38,481 nucleotides of DNA from positions 103,585,442 through 103,623,922 of the forward strand of contig NC_068981.1 of assembly GCF_001194135.2 (NCBI RefSeq), given 5' to 3'. The first letter of the stretch is position 1. Every line of letters begins with the position of its first letter. Under the pieces are notes generated by a model, which saw only the letters and a list, made by a program, of their open reading frames with translations, did no database searches and had not been told where the DNA came from. This DNA is from Octopus bimaculoides. Taxonomy: Eukaryota. Below are positions 1 through 11,183 of the stretch, piece after piece. A program made the position numbers and the translations under genes.

Positions 1-34
<34 letters not shown>

Positions 35-310
35 CATACATATGTATATACATACATACGTATATATATGTAAATACACTCACAAGCACACACACACACA
101 CATACACACACACACATCTAAAATTATTTCTATACGTCTATGTATTCATATGCAACTTATAGCTACATATATATGTGTGTATGTGTGTCTGTGTGTCTGT
201 CTGTGTATACATAGAGAGAGGGGGAGAGAGAGAGAGATAATATATGTTATATATATAACTTTATATGTATGTATGTGTGTATGTATGTATGCATGTATGT
301 ATGTATGTAG
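1..310. repeat. Compound microsatellite (TA)n/(CA)n/(AG)n/(TATG)n
   Basis: Directly visible; explains the two low-complexity ORFs at 42-412. Confidence 0.95.
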
Positions 311-714
311 AGATAGCTGATAATGACGCCAAATGATGCGTTCATAGAAGCCATGAATAAAAATGGTTGCTGGTGATGAAACGAAAGATAAATTGCTTAG
401 TTCGGCCAACATGTTAAATATTAAAGTTGAAACACAAGTGTAATGTACTTTTATTAATTCGATATTAATGAAGAACTAACTGCTACTGATGTGGGTGATC
501 AACGTTTTGTTTGTTTCTTGACATTTTGCTGTTGTGTATTAGATATTGTTACTACGACGTTTGTTGATATTGTTCGTATTGTTGTCGATGATGGTATTGT
601 CGATGGTTTTCTGCAATGGTGGTTGGTGAAATATTAGTTTATTATTGATTACAAGCACAGAAACAGTGTTGATTTTTTGTTTGTTTGTTTGCTTTTGAAT
701 TTTGAAAAACCAAG

Positions 715-842
715 CCCATTGATAGAGCGTTCGACTGCATATCGAGAAATCCTTGGTTCAATTGCGAGTGTTCTCTATGTTTTAGCTTTTAAAGGCGGTA
801 CTCCAGATTGACCAAACCTCTGACTGAAAATAACAAAAGTGA
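715..842 (+). mobile_element. Short tRNA(Cys)-like-headed SINE remnant with the shared SINE 3' tail
   Basis: TAGAGCG D-arm remnant; anticodon arm TTCGA-CTGCATA-TCGAG at 730-746 (GCA); T-loop GGTTCAATT; no acceptor stem. Followed by GGCGGTACTCCAG...TGACTGAAA..CAAAAG, similar to SINE tails at ~2640-2690, 29624-29680 (-) and 37860-37920. Confidence 0.55.
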
Positions 843-951
843 AAGTTATATGTACAGTATTTTTGTCAACACAGCGATGTAAACGAAGTGTTATTACTAA
901 AGAAACGAAACCGAGTTGAATACACTTTCGAAGCTTTTAACTATATCTAAG

Positions 952-1170
952 GCAGTGAGCTTGCGGAATTGTTAGCCCAGCGGGCGAAATATTTAGTGGC
1001 ATTTTGTCCGTCTTTACCTTCTGAGTTCAAATGCCGTCAAGGCCGACTTGCCTTTCATCCTTTCAGGGTCGATAAAATAAGAACCAGTTGAATATCAGAC
1101 TCGATGTAATCGATTTAGCCACTTTCCCGAAATTGCTGGCCTTGCGCCAAAGTTTGAAACCAGCGTTTAC
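952..1170 (+). mobile_element. tRNA-derived SINE family S1 (TTCTGAGTTCAAAT...CTTTCATCCTTT..GGTCGATAAAATAAGTACCAG)
   Basis: A-box-like and B-box (GAGTTCAAAT) motifs; about ten homologous copies in this window. Confidence 0.8.
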
Positions 1171-1688
1171 TTATCTCACGGACGCTTGCGAGAGGTAAAT
1201 GTAATATTCTCTTTCTTCTTGGTTTGTTATGGTCTCATTGGCAGCTAAATAACTTTACAGAGTACTCAAAAAACGAAAAAAATTAAACATTGAATATTGA
1301 ATTATCTGTTATATTCGTTGCTTTCTCTGCTAAAAGTCTTTAGAGAAAAAATATTTTCCTTGCATTTCTGAATTATTGTTCCTAAGACCATTACTAACAT
1401 TTTCATTTCTGCAAGTTGATTTTTGATTTTAAAAAATCTTCAACGGAATTTTGTTTTTCAACCACTCTGTAAATTTTTTAAATGCTTAAGAGACTATGAA
1501 AATTTTCGCATTTTCTGATTCTTCTATAATTCCTTAATACTATTTCGGTAAGTTGCGTATAAGCAGTTGCTTTCATAAGAAAGCATTTAGTGGCCATTGA
1601 TAACAGGATCAGTACCAGTCATCTTCCTGCTAAATTGTAATAAGAAACACACGTTTGTCTGCTGAAATATTAATATATGTATATGTCA

Positions 1689-1730
<42 letters not shown>

Positions 1731-2318
1731 GACGTTGCCTATTATCATCTGTCCATTCGCTTTGGTACTTCATAGAATAAACTATATTTCATATAGTCCT
1801 GTCTTACAATTTTCTAGCACTGTCCCCGTGTAAGTAATCAATAATTTTTCTACTTCCACATTGATGCAAGTTTAGCAATGGAAGAATGCAAGTATATCAA
1901 ATATTCCAACAATAGTAGAATGGTTGGAACCAGTTAAAGACTAAATTATTTTTTTGTTCTGTATTAACTGTTTAATGTTTTCGCAGGAACTTCGATGTTC
2001 TGTTTAGCAGTAGTTTGAGTTTAGAACATTCCCAGAATGCTGATTCCGCTGATATTATGATGCTGTTAATAATATTTTTATTTTTTTAATAACATTAGTG
2101 ATGGTTGGAATTTATGACTGTCAGAAACAATCAGCTTACAGAATTGCAGTAGCAATCACTTACGACTGTTTATATCCTGAATCCAGAGGGGTGAATGGCA
2201 AAATCCAATTCCGATAAATTTAGCTTTGTCTTTGAACTGCATAGAAATGACAAAAATAAATTCTGATACTTAAGATGGAGTCGATTTAGTCAACACTACA
2301 CACACTTTTATAAATAAA

Positions 2319-2692
2319 GCCGCAGGCGTAGCTGTGGGGTAAAAAGCTTGCTTCCCAACCACTTGGTTCAGGTTTCACCCACTGCGTGGCACCTTGGGCA
2401 AGTGTCTTCTAATATAGCCTCTAGCCGACCAAAGCCTTGTGAGTGGATTTGGTAGACGGAAACTGGAAGAAGCCCGTCGTATATGTGTGTGTTTGAACCC
2501 CAACACTGTTTGACAACCGGTGTTGTTTTCATTAATTCACCGTAAATTAGCAGTTCGGTAAAAAGTGGACGATAGAATAAGTACCGGACTTTTAAAAAAA
2601 GCAAGTCCTGGAGTCGAATTATGCGACTAAATGTTCTTCAAGACGGTGCATCAGCTAGACCACAGTCTAATTACAAACATAAAAGATAGAAG
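2319..2692 (+). mobile_element. tRNA-derived CORE-type SINE (OR1/OR2-like), near full length
   Basis: tRNA-like head, CORE-like segment GTGGCACCTTGGGCAAGTGTCTTCT, internal TA/TG microsatellite after AAGCCCGTCG and a shared tail. Homologous to 28389-28561, 29188-29370 and 29624-30136. Confidence 0.8.
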
Positions 2693-2974
2693 ATACAGTT
2701 TTGTGCGACTCGTTCATCATAACATTACAACGTCTGACCCACTGATGCCTTGTCTCTTTTCTCTGATTATTATATCGATTGCTTATCGTGTCCCCTCTTG
2801 CTCGCTTAACACCACACTCGCCTCCACTTCTCACATCAGCCTTTCCACCCAATACAACACTAACTACTAGCTTTCTTTCCTAAAATGTCATTCCTTCGTG
2901 ATTAAACCATTATATCAATAATGGCGACGTTCGGAACATCTGTAGAAAACCAAACTGGATAATTTAATGTATAA

Positions 2975-3150
2975 CGTTTGATAGAGCAGTAGATTAGCAG
3001 AATCGACAGAGCGTCGCACAAATACTTTGCAAAAGTTGTTTCGTTTCTATGCCTTCTGAGTTCAAATACCGTCAATGACAAATTTGTCTTTTATTCTTCT
3101 AGGAGTCGACAAATATAAAATATCAGCCAAATACTGGGATTAACTCTCTC
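2975..3150 (+). mobile_element. Degenerate S1 SINE
   Basis: CCTTCTGAGTTCAAATACCGTC...TTTGTCTTTTATTCTTCTAGGAGTCGAC aligns to the copy at 952-1170. Confidence 0.65.
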
Positions 3151-4499
3151 TCTCTCTCTCTCTGAATTGCTACGCTGCGTGTGGCTATAGGGTCGTGAGA
3201 AGCCCAGTCAAACATACTTTCCCTCCGAAATGGAAAGGAATTGAGTTAGAGCCTTGCAGCCTCTTCTTTTCTCGCATGCAACAAAAATGTACAGTGAAAT
3301 TGACGGACGTAAACATACGGACGAAACGATTAACACGATCAAAAGCATACTTCTGCTTTAAGATATAGTGCACTCATGCACACATTATCCAGTACGTCCT
3401 TTGCTGAGACGGTAGAGGACAATTTAAGAAAGATTTAGACACAATTTCTAGCAAGTTGTACGACCATACTGTTGGATCAAAATTTGTTTGGCTTTGGGAA
3501 TTTCGAGTTGCATTCTGTATTTTGTGCTGTATCTAATTAATTTAATAACGTCTTGCTTGATATTTTTTTAGTGGCTTTGTCTAAACATTTCTCAGGAATC
3601 AGTAGCGGAAATACGTGAGAATATTATTCTGATACAATTTGGATCAACTTATTATTATCGAACTAAGAAAGAAGCTAGAGACAACAATGTTTGTTTATCT
3701 AATGTTGCAGTTGAATTTAATCTTAATATCAACTGCGATGTTAGAACTACTGTCGATGAGGGTGAAGATAACAATGACGATAATGATGACGGAGGCGTCA
3801 ACGATGATTTCCATCATCATCATCGTCATCGTCGCCATCAAAATATTGATAGTAATGAAATTATCTTATCAAAATAAAATTATCAAAGTATTCAGCTTCA
3901 GCAACGTCATTTCACTGTTGTATTTAATCAATTTCAAATGTGCAAAATTAGCGGAACACATCAATGTATCACTGGAATTTATGAATTGTCACTAGACAAT
4001 ACATAAAGCGTTGTATCGCACACACGTGTGTTACAAAGCTTTAGACGTGAGAAGAAATTATAAGAATGCAAAGACATTCCTTCTGTGCTTTCGATGTACA
4101 GTAAAAGGAGATTGAGAGATACTTGATGGACCTTTTTTCAGTTAGTTGACCGCTCTTCAAATAAGAGATACCCAGTTTTCTTTACGTTGGTACCATACAA
4201 ATATTCAGCTGCTATAAAAAGCAATCACGAACTACTATTACCATGCTTTTGATGACTTGTAATCAACACAGCATAAATCAGAAAAAATGTAATAAATTTA
4301 AGTATTTGAAAGCCTTAAAGGAGACACACTCAATTTTGTTCCCCAGACGTTAGCATAGAATATTTACTTGACATATAAAGCAGTCACAAATTAAGCTATT
4401 ATGTTGTGCATAAAATATATTCTGATCAATTATTGACGAGCTGTCAAAAGCAAAACTGCGCAATTTAAGTTATTCACTACTCTTCTAGTGATGACTGTC

Positions 4500-4640
4500 A
4501 CGTCTTTTTATCACAAATATTGTATCTAGGACGGTGTCATCTAATGTTTGCTTCCTTCCGTTTTTAAGACAATGAGGTGTCATTTGAAAATTTGGATGTT
4601 ATTTCTAACAGATCAGATGACCACATAGCGGCTCCCTTAC
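4500..4640 (-). repeat. Old dispersed repeat family R (AAC-tailed in the opposite orientation), partial copy
   Basis: GTATCTAGGAC...TTTAAGAC...ATTTCTAACAGATCAGATGACCAC aligns with copies at 17100-17275, 23630-23820 and 37410-37620. Confidence 0.6.
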
Positions 4641-5288
4641 TGAATAGAGCAAAACGTTAGATACGTTTATTTGACGTGTGGAAATGAAACATCTAATGTT
4701 TCGGCTCCCTGTTTCTGAGAATATTATACGATGTTCTACTAAAGTGATTGCTGTAATAATCTGTAAACTAAAAATAACCCCAAGTCTTGTTTACAAACAG
4801 AAGTCGACAGTCTTTTATCGAAGCTAAGGATACTCGCTTGACAATTTCCGTGGGACTCTTTTGGTATCAAAAACCTGCTAGGTGTGATACCCGAGAAACA
4901 AAATTTGTAGTATGAGATTAGGTTAGGGATTGTTCTTTCCTTTTTTCTTATAGTCTTCTCCTGAACATACTAGATGTTGTGTTTATAATATTATTCGTGT
5001 TGTAGTAGTTGTTACTGTTGTTGTTGTTTGGGCCTTGGTCGGCCGTGATTTAGTAAACCTAGAAACTAAGACGTTTCAACAGTGAAACCAATTCTTATCT
5101 ATCATTTATCGTCGACAGCAGGTCCGAGTTAACGAAACCGTGGTCTAAGATAGTACCTGTTTATATCACACACATGCATAAACATATATGGGTCCAGACC
5201 AGATGCTACCAAAACAGGATTTATTCAGTACATTCATCTCTTTTTTATGAAAAGGTAAACAGAGCACACACACACACACACATATACA

Positions 5289-5412
5289 TATGTATGTATG
5301 TGTGTATGTATGTCATTATTTAGTTTATTTCAAGATTTCTTGCCAATAGAGAAAGAACCGGTTTCTAAAATAGATCCAACAGGGTATTTTTGTATGTATG
5401 TATGTATGTGTG

Positions 5413-5443
<31 letters not shown>

Positions 5444-5662
5444 GTATGTATGTGCAGATTTGTATATTTTATGTATGTATTCTCATGCATATAGTTGCAT
5501 ATCTAGACATGTGCATATGTACTTAAATGATAAACTTCTGGAAAGTTTTACAGATCTTTACAGTTCCCGTGATGAATTGGATTTGTAGTCTTCGAATTAG
5601 CTTTCTTCCTTCTGGTTTTGAGAAGCCTAATTTCTCAAGACTGGTATTTAGGCAGCATGTGT
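5289..5662 (-). mobile_element. 5'-truncated R4/Dong-clade retrotransposon, (CATA)n-associated family: ORF end plus 3' UTR
   Basis: 5453-5662 is homologous to 14613-14820 and encodes CLNTSLEKLGFSKPEGRKLIRRL...KTFQKFII*. It is followed (minus strand) by an internal (CATA)n, a terminal ~80 bp segment homologous to 33760-33875, and (CATA)n again. Confidence 0.8.
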
Positions 5663-6221
5663 AAAATTTTAATGAAATCGGTTGAGTAGTTCTCGAGTTT
5701 TAGTGATGCACACATACATACATACAAACAGACACACATTCTCAGTATATCTATACAGTATATGTTGTACGGTTACATTAAAAAAAAGAAAGAATACAAT
5801 ACATTGTAGAGTAGCAACTCCTGTTATTGAAAAAGACCATTGCCTCCCAATGGCTAATAGTTTCCTTCCAGTCGAGGATCGTGTGTGTGTGGGTGTGCGA
5901 GCGCGTGCAATGTTGTTTAAGTAGATATTTACACTGAACACTGTAAAGTAATGAACCGCAATAACATGAATTATTCCAATGACAAGAAATAGGCTTCAGG
6001 GAATTTATGCGAGAGATTTAGGGCTAGTATCATTCAACTTTGTTTATATATTCCTTTTTTTTTTCTTTTCCCACTATAGAATAGATTATCTCTGTTAATC
6101 AGCTAACAATAGTCTTATTAATCCGTTAGCTACGCATATTTGACTCATAAGATGCCGCATCACAATGTTTGTAGTTCACCTAGCAATCTAAGTTTTTTAA
6201 CTCATACTACCTCTCTGTATC

Positions 6222-6261
<40 letters not shown>

Positions 6262-6507
6262 ACACAAACACATACACACACAAACACATACAAAACACCA
6301 TGTTTTATTATAATTGCTTAGAGAAAAATTAGACTCACACAAATGGATACACAAGCATTAGACGAGTATGTGTGTGTGTACATGTGATATAGTTAAATCA
6401 CGGTATGTCTAATAGCCGAAAGGTTTATTTTAGTACCTAAATGTGAGAATATTAAGTTTTTGGTGTATTAACAGCTTTTCGGTTCGTTGCTATTATGCTT
6501 TATAGAA

Positions 6508-6560
6508 CAGGGGTCCCCAACCACAGAATCGTACCGGGCTGCAGAGAAAAAATAATTAAA
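6508..6560 (+). mobile_element. Solo hAT (Charlie/Buster-like) terminal inverted repeat
   Basis: CAGGGGTCCCCAACC preceded by TTATAGAA, which resembles the NTCTAGAN target consensus. No partner end was found. Confidence 0.45.
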
Positions 6561-6925
6561 TTTCACTTCTATTTCATTAACTATAGCAGTCTTCAAGGTG
6601 TTTTATATTATATATATATAGATATATTTGTAGGATTCATTTAAATCAAGGTATTTTAATAATGACACTAAGTCACAGACGAGTTTAACATTTCCGTGCA
6701 AATAGCGTATAGACATTCACGCATATATCATTGTATATACATCTCCTAATACTTACATATAGATACACATAACGAAATTAATATACACATTCATATAAAC
6801 ATACATGCATATGAAATTATACATTTGCATGCCGGCGTGTAGTTTAACGATCAGCTGTGAATTCCAGATCCAAGGAAAGTTCCAGGTGTAATATTTACAT
6901 AAATAAAGAACATAAATGCGTTAAG

Positions 6926-7007
6926 TTTACTACAGCTGTTACAGACGTGTTTTTATGGATGAATACATTGGTTACAACCTGAAAAATAAACGTTTTCTTC
7001 AGGTGAA
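6926..7007 (-). ncRNA. Degenerate type-I hammerhead ribozyme motif, family A copy 2
   Basis: Minus strand reads TTCAC-CTGAAGA-long stem II (AAACGTTT..AAAAACACGTCT)-GTAA-CAGCTG-TA-GTAAA. GAAA is mutated to GTAA and stem I has one mismatch. Confidence 0.65.
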
Positions 7008-7123
7008 TTAAAGTTTAAAACTTAAGACTCATTCTCTCACTTGTTGCCAAAATGAGAGAGTCATCACAGATCCCATGTATTGATATTTTCTCTAAACCAA
7101 ACTTTTAAGTTTTAAATTTTTCA

Positions 7124-7204
7124 TTCACCTGAAGACGGGTTTTTTTTTCATGATGTAATCGGTGCATTCAACAACAAAAGCACGCCTGAAACAGCTGTAG
7201 TGAA
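7124..7204 (+). ncRNA. Minimal type-I hammerhead ribozyme motif, family A copy 1 (core intact)
   Basis: Stem I TTCAC(7124-28)/GTGAA(7200-04); CTGAAGA 7129-35; long interrupted stem II 7136-87; GAAA 7188-91; palindromic helix III ACAGCTGT; GUA triplet with predicted cleavage after 7199. Confidence 0.75.
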
Positions 7205-7224
7205 CTACAACCAATTTTTGTTCT

Positions 7225-7239
7225 CTGTGTGTGTGTATG

Positions 7240-7336
<97 letters not shown>

Positions 7337-7342
7337 GTGTGC
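7225..7342. repeat. (TG)n microsatellite
   Basis: Directly visible; source of the HT/CV ORFs at 7125-7506. Confidence 0.97.
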
Positions 7343-7629
7343 CTATGTATATATGTAAAGATGTAATAATTAAATTCCATATGTCATTTATTGGGTTTTT
7401 TAATATGCATGATCCTACGGTTCGTACAAAAACTGTCTTGCGTGAAACCGGTCTGTTGAAAAAACGGTTTGGGATCGCTGCTTTAAACAACTCTATTGAT
7501 TTTTAGTCAACACTGTATGTTACAACGAATACAAACATTACGCCTGCATACATAATATGTACACACATATATGTATAGGCGATATGTATACACAGTCTGT
7601 ACACACAGTATGCATAGGAAAGGAAAAGA

Positions 7630-7690
7630 AAGAACGGCTATTTATGCTGCATATTACAACTCTGTTTGACGTCTCGTCATCGGTTGCGTA
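7630..7690 (-). ncRNA. Degenerate hammerhead motif, family B copy 1
   Basis: Minus strand ATGACGA-GACGT-CAAACA-GAGTT-GTAA-TATGCAGCATAAATAGCCG aligns gaplessly to copy 2; the core is mutated. Confidence 0.55.
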
Positions 7691-7790
7691 CCGTTCTTAA
7701 CTATCCACAAACAGACAGCTTGTAAACACGCTGATATTAGTGGCAAAAGAAATACTGGATAGAATAATTTGCATATTTGTCACTTCCTTG

Positions 7791-7844
7791 GCAGCTGCTG
7801 ACGAGACTCCAAGCAGAGTTGAAATGTACGGCTTATACAGCTGC
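7791..7844 (+). ncRNA. Type-I hammerhead ribozyme motif, family B copy 2 (core intact)
   Basis: Stem I GCAGCTG/CAGCTGC (7 bp); CTGACGA 7798-7804; stem II GACTC-CAAGCA-GAGTT; GAAA 7821-24; weak helix III; AUA triplet with predicted cleavage after 7837. Confidence 0.7.
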
Positions 7845-8003
7845 TATTTATTTTCAGTGTGAAATCATATTGTATGTATATAGACATAATGTTTCATCTG
7901 CTGTAAGACAGAGTGTTGGTTAAAAATGTACGTTTACGTTTTATAGTAAATCGTAGCAATGAGGGGAAATACGGTTAACACGTTAGCAATTTAATATTCA
8001 AAC

Positions 8004-8076
8004 CAGCTACCAAAAAAGTGTTAAATATGCAAATTGCTCTATCCATTCTAGTTTAGACACTAGTGTCAGGTTTATA
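8004..8076 (-). repeat. Family B upstream segment, third copy, truncated just before the hammerhead core
   Basis: Minus strand TGGATAGAGCAATTTGCATATTTAACACTTTTTTGGTAGCTG matches 7756-7797 TGGATAGAATAATTTGCATATTTGTCACTTCCTTGGCAGCTG. Confidence 0.6.
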
Positions 8077-8191
8077 AGCGTACTCATTATTAGACAACGA
8101 AGGTGCACAGCTCCTGTGCGGCATTCTTTTTATAAACTTCTTGAAACAGAAGATTACAAAAAGAAGTATAAAAAAACAATGAAATCTCTTA

Positions 8192-8889
8192 NNNNNNNNN
8201 NNNNNNNNNNNNNNNNNNNNNNNNNNNNNNNNNNNNNNNNNNNNNNNNNNNNNNNNNNNNNNNNNNNNNNNNNNNNNNNNNNNNNNNNNNNNNNNNNNNN
8301 NNNNNNNNNNNNNNNNNNNNNNNNNNNNNNNNNNNNNNNNNNNNNNNNNNNNNNNNNNNNNNNNNNNNNNNNNNNNNNNNNNNNNNNNNNNNNNNNNNNN
8401 NNNNNNNNNNNNNNNNNNNNNNNNNNNNNNNNNNNNNNNNNNNNNNNNNNNNNNNNNNNNNNNNNNNNNNNNNNNNNNNNNNNNNNNNNNNNNNNNNNNN
8501 NNNNNNNNNNNNNNNNNNNNNNNNNNNNNNNNNNNNNNNNNNNNNNNNNNNNNNNNNNNNNNNNNNNNNNNNNNNNNNNNNNNNNNNNNNNNNNNNNNNN
8601 NNNNNNNNNNNNNNNNNNNNNNNNNNNNNNNNNNNNNNNNNNNNNNNNNNNNNNNNNNNNNNNNNNNNNNNNNNNNNNNNNNNNNNNNNNNNNNNNNNNN
8701 NNNNNNNNNNNNNNNNNNNNNNNNNNNNNNNNNNNNNNNNNNNNNNNNNNNNNNNNNNNNNNNNNNNNNNNNNNNNNNNNNNNNNNNNNNNNNNNNNNNN
8801 NNNNNNNNNNNNNNNNNNNNNNNNNNNNNNNNNNNNNNNNNNNNNNNNNNNNNNNNNNNNNNNNNNNNNNNNNNNNNNNNNNNNNNNNN
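8192..8889. other. Assembly gap (N); others at 9434-9709, 14254-14563, 16343-16363, 20282-20989, 24165-24174, 24445-25029, 28562-29187, 31725-31734, 34989-35957, 36857-37347
   Basis: Runs of n; most abut microsatellites or repeats. Confidence 0.99.
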
Positions 8890-9357
8890 TATATATATAC
8901 ATGTATGTATGTATGTATGTATAGCTAATAGTTAGTCAATGCTATTAAAAAGAAGACGTGTAAATATATATCTTATGATAACATACCGAGTGGCCTATTC
9001 TCTTAAACGGTGTCTATATCTAATCTTCTACATCAACAAAAAGTCTCCAGCAGAGAAAAAAAAATCAAACTTTACTGATTCAGTATATGTTAATATATTG
9101 CCTATATTCTATAGAACATAATACCTGCTTCAGTGAATGAAACCAAGTGTGTACATCGTGAATTCCCCCATTACAAAATATTTATGAAAGAAAAAAAAAG
9201 TTATTACAAAATATGTCAGTTCATCTTAATCGTAATAAATATTCAACCATATACAAATTGTGTAGGAAATAACTATTTTAATCTATAAGTAAATAAAACT
9301 AACTGGTTATTTCCTACAGAAATTGTATATGGTTGAATATATATAAATATAAATACA

Positions 9358-9424
<67 letters not shown>

Positions 9425-10011
9425 TATATATATNNNNNNNNNNNNNNNNNNNNNNNNNNNNNNNNNNNNNNNNNNNNNNNNNNNNNNNNNNNNNNNNNNN
9501 NNNNNNNNNNNNNNNNNNNNNNNNNNNNNNNNNNNNNNNNNNNNNNNNNNNNNNNNNNNNNNNNNNNNNNNNNNNNNNNNNNNNNNNNNNNNNNNNNNNN
9601 NNNNNNNNNNNNNNNNNNNNNNNNNNNNNNNNNNNNNNNNNNNNNNNNNNNNNNNNNNNNNNNNNNNNNNNNNNNNNNNNNNNNNNNNNNNNNNNNNNNN
9701 NNNNNNNNNATATATATATATATATATATATATACATTTATATATATATATATATTTATGTATATATGTATTTATGTATGTATATATGACGAAAGCGTTC
9801 GACTGATTTCTGTTTGTAATAAGTTTTATTCTTTTGTAAATAAATGTTTTGAAAAGGGGGAATTCAAAATATACATTTAGACTTTTATTTAAACACATAC
9901 TATTTTCTTTAGTCATTATAGAATCTTAGTTAAATAACTAACTAGGGATACTACTATTAAATAAAATTGCTAGCAGATATCATAGAGAAGTGTTAATTAT
10001 TATTATCATCA

Positions 10012-10324
10012 ACTGGTACTCCGTCGGTTACGACGACGAGGGTTCCAGTTGATTCGAACAACAGAACAGCCTGCTCGTGAAATTAACGTGCATGTGGCTG
10101 AGCACTCCACAGACACGTGTACCCTTAATGTAGTTCTCAAGGAGGTTCAGCGTAAGACAGAATGTGACAAGGCTGGCCCTTGAAATACAAATGCTACTCG
10201 TTTTTGCCAATTGAGTGGACCACAACATGAAATAAAGTATCTTGTTCAGGACACAACGCATCATCGGGAATCGAACTCATGACCTGAAGATCGTAAGGCG
10301 AATACTCTAGCTACTAGGCCACGC
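10012..10324 (-). mobile_element. tRNA-derived SINE, full length
   Basis: Minus strand GCGTGGCCTAGTAG (A box), GAGTTCGATTCC (B box), then TGTGTCCTGAACAAGATACTT CORE-like block. Confidence 0.8.
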
Positions 10325-10334
10325 AAGTTTGCCA

Positions 10335-10364
10335 TTATTATTATTATTATTATCATCATCATCA

Positions 10365-10430
<66 letters not shown>
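10335..10430. repeat. (TTA)n/(TCA)n array, i.e. (TAA)n on the minus strand, abutting the Dong 3' end
   Basis: Directly visible. Confidence 0.95.
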
Positions 10431-10800
10431 GTTTTGATTTGACTCCGGTTCAATCCTATACCTGGTAGAATTTATGTGGGTAGCAGTTAGTACCTGTAAC
10501 CTTAGGTATCCAGAAGCTTTCAATAGACTTCTTGTACTTAAGACCTTCCTGATAATCTTTCCTGTCTCAAAGAACTCTACAAGACATTCTATTCCAGTTT
10601 CCTTCAACTATTTGTCTATATCTTTACTTACGGGTCCCAATGCCCCAATTATTACAGGCACAACCCTTACGGTTTTCATACTCCAAGTTCTTGCAATTTC
10701 AAATTTTAAGGGATTATATCTTTTTGCTTTTCGTCGTCTTTACAATCCTGGAATCAAACGGGCTTGATGGATTAATTAGTAAGTAGCTTATCTTCACCTT
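10431..10800 (-). mobile_element. 5'-truncated R4/Dong-clade retrotransposon, (TAA)n-type
   Basis: Minus-strand translation ...SPFDSRI..RYNPLKFEIARTWSMKTVRVVPVIIGALGPVSKDIDK*LKETGIE..TGKIIRKVLS, typical of the C-terminus of restriction-like-endonuclease R4/Dong ORFs. The 3' end joins (TAA)n directly. Confidence 0.8.
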
Positions 10801-10802
10801 GG

Positions 10803-10828
10803 CTGTTGTTGTTGTTGTTGATGATGAC

Positions 10829-10861
<33 letters not shown>

Positions 10862-10870
10862 ATTGTTGTC

Positions 10871-10902
<32 letters not shown>

Positions 10903-10926
10903 CATCATTATTATTATTATTATTAT
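10803..10926. repeat. Compound (GTT)/(GAT)/(CAT)/(TTA) trinucleotide array
   Basis: Directly visible. Confidence 0.95.
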
Positions 10927-11183
10927 GGCCGCCATACTGTAAAGTCACGGAAATTTGGAGCTCCGTAATTTGAGAAAAATGTTCGTAATCTTTTCGGCCT
11001 TCTAATGCCCCATGTCTTCATTTTTATTGTTACCATTACAATTCTGAGATTGTTTGGACTGCGCGGATAGTATTTTTATGTAGAAACACCCTGCTTTGCA
11101 AGGGGTGCGCATCAGTAACTTTTAATTTTAACTACTTTCGGCAAAAGCAAATATTTTGCAATTTTCTTTAATTATCCGATAGC

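Noticed and set aside
721-770. Functional tRNA-Cys gene
   Set aside because: No acceptor stem, damaged D and T arms, and it is followed by a SINE-type tail.
3290-3372. Possible Helitron ends (3' like ..GCTTTAAGATATAG|T here; 5' like A|TCTACTAC..GTGTGTTTGT at ~18804)
   Set aside because: Short motifs only, with no matching partner ends or internal homology.
5095-5155. GAAACCGTGGTC resembling a hammerhead 3' half
   Set aside because: No recognisable CUGANGA or stem II upstream.
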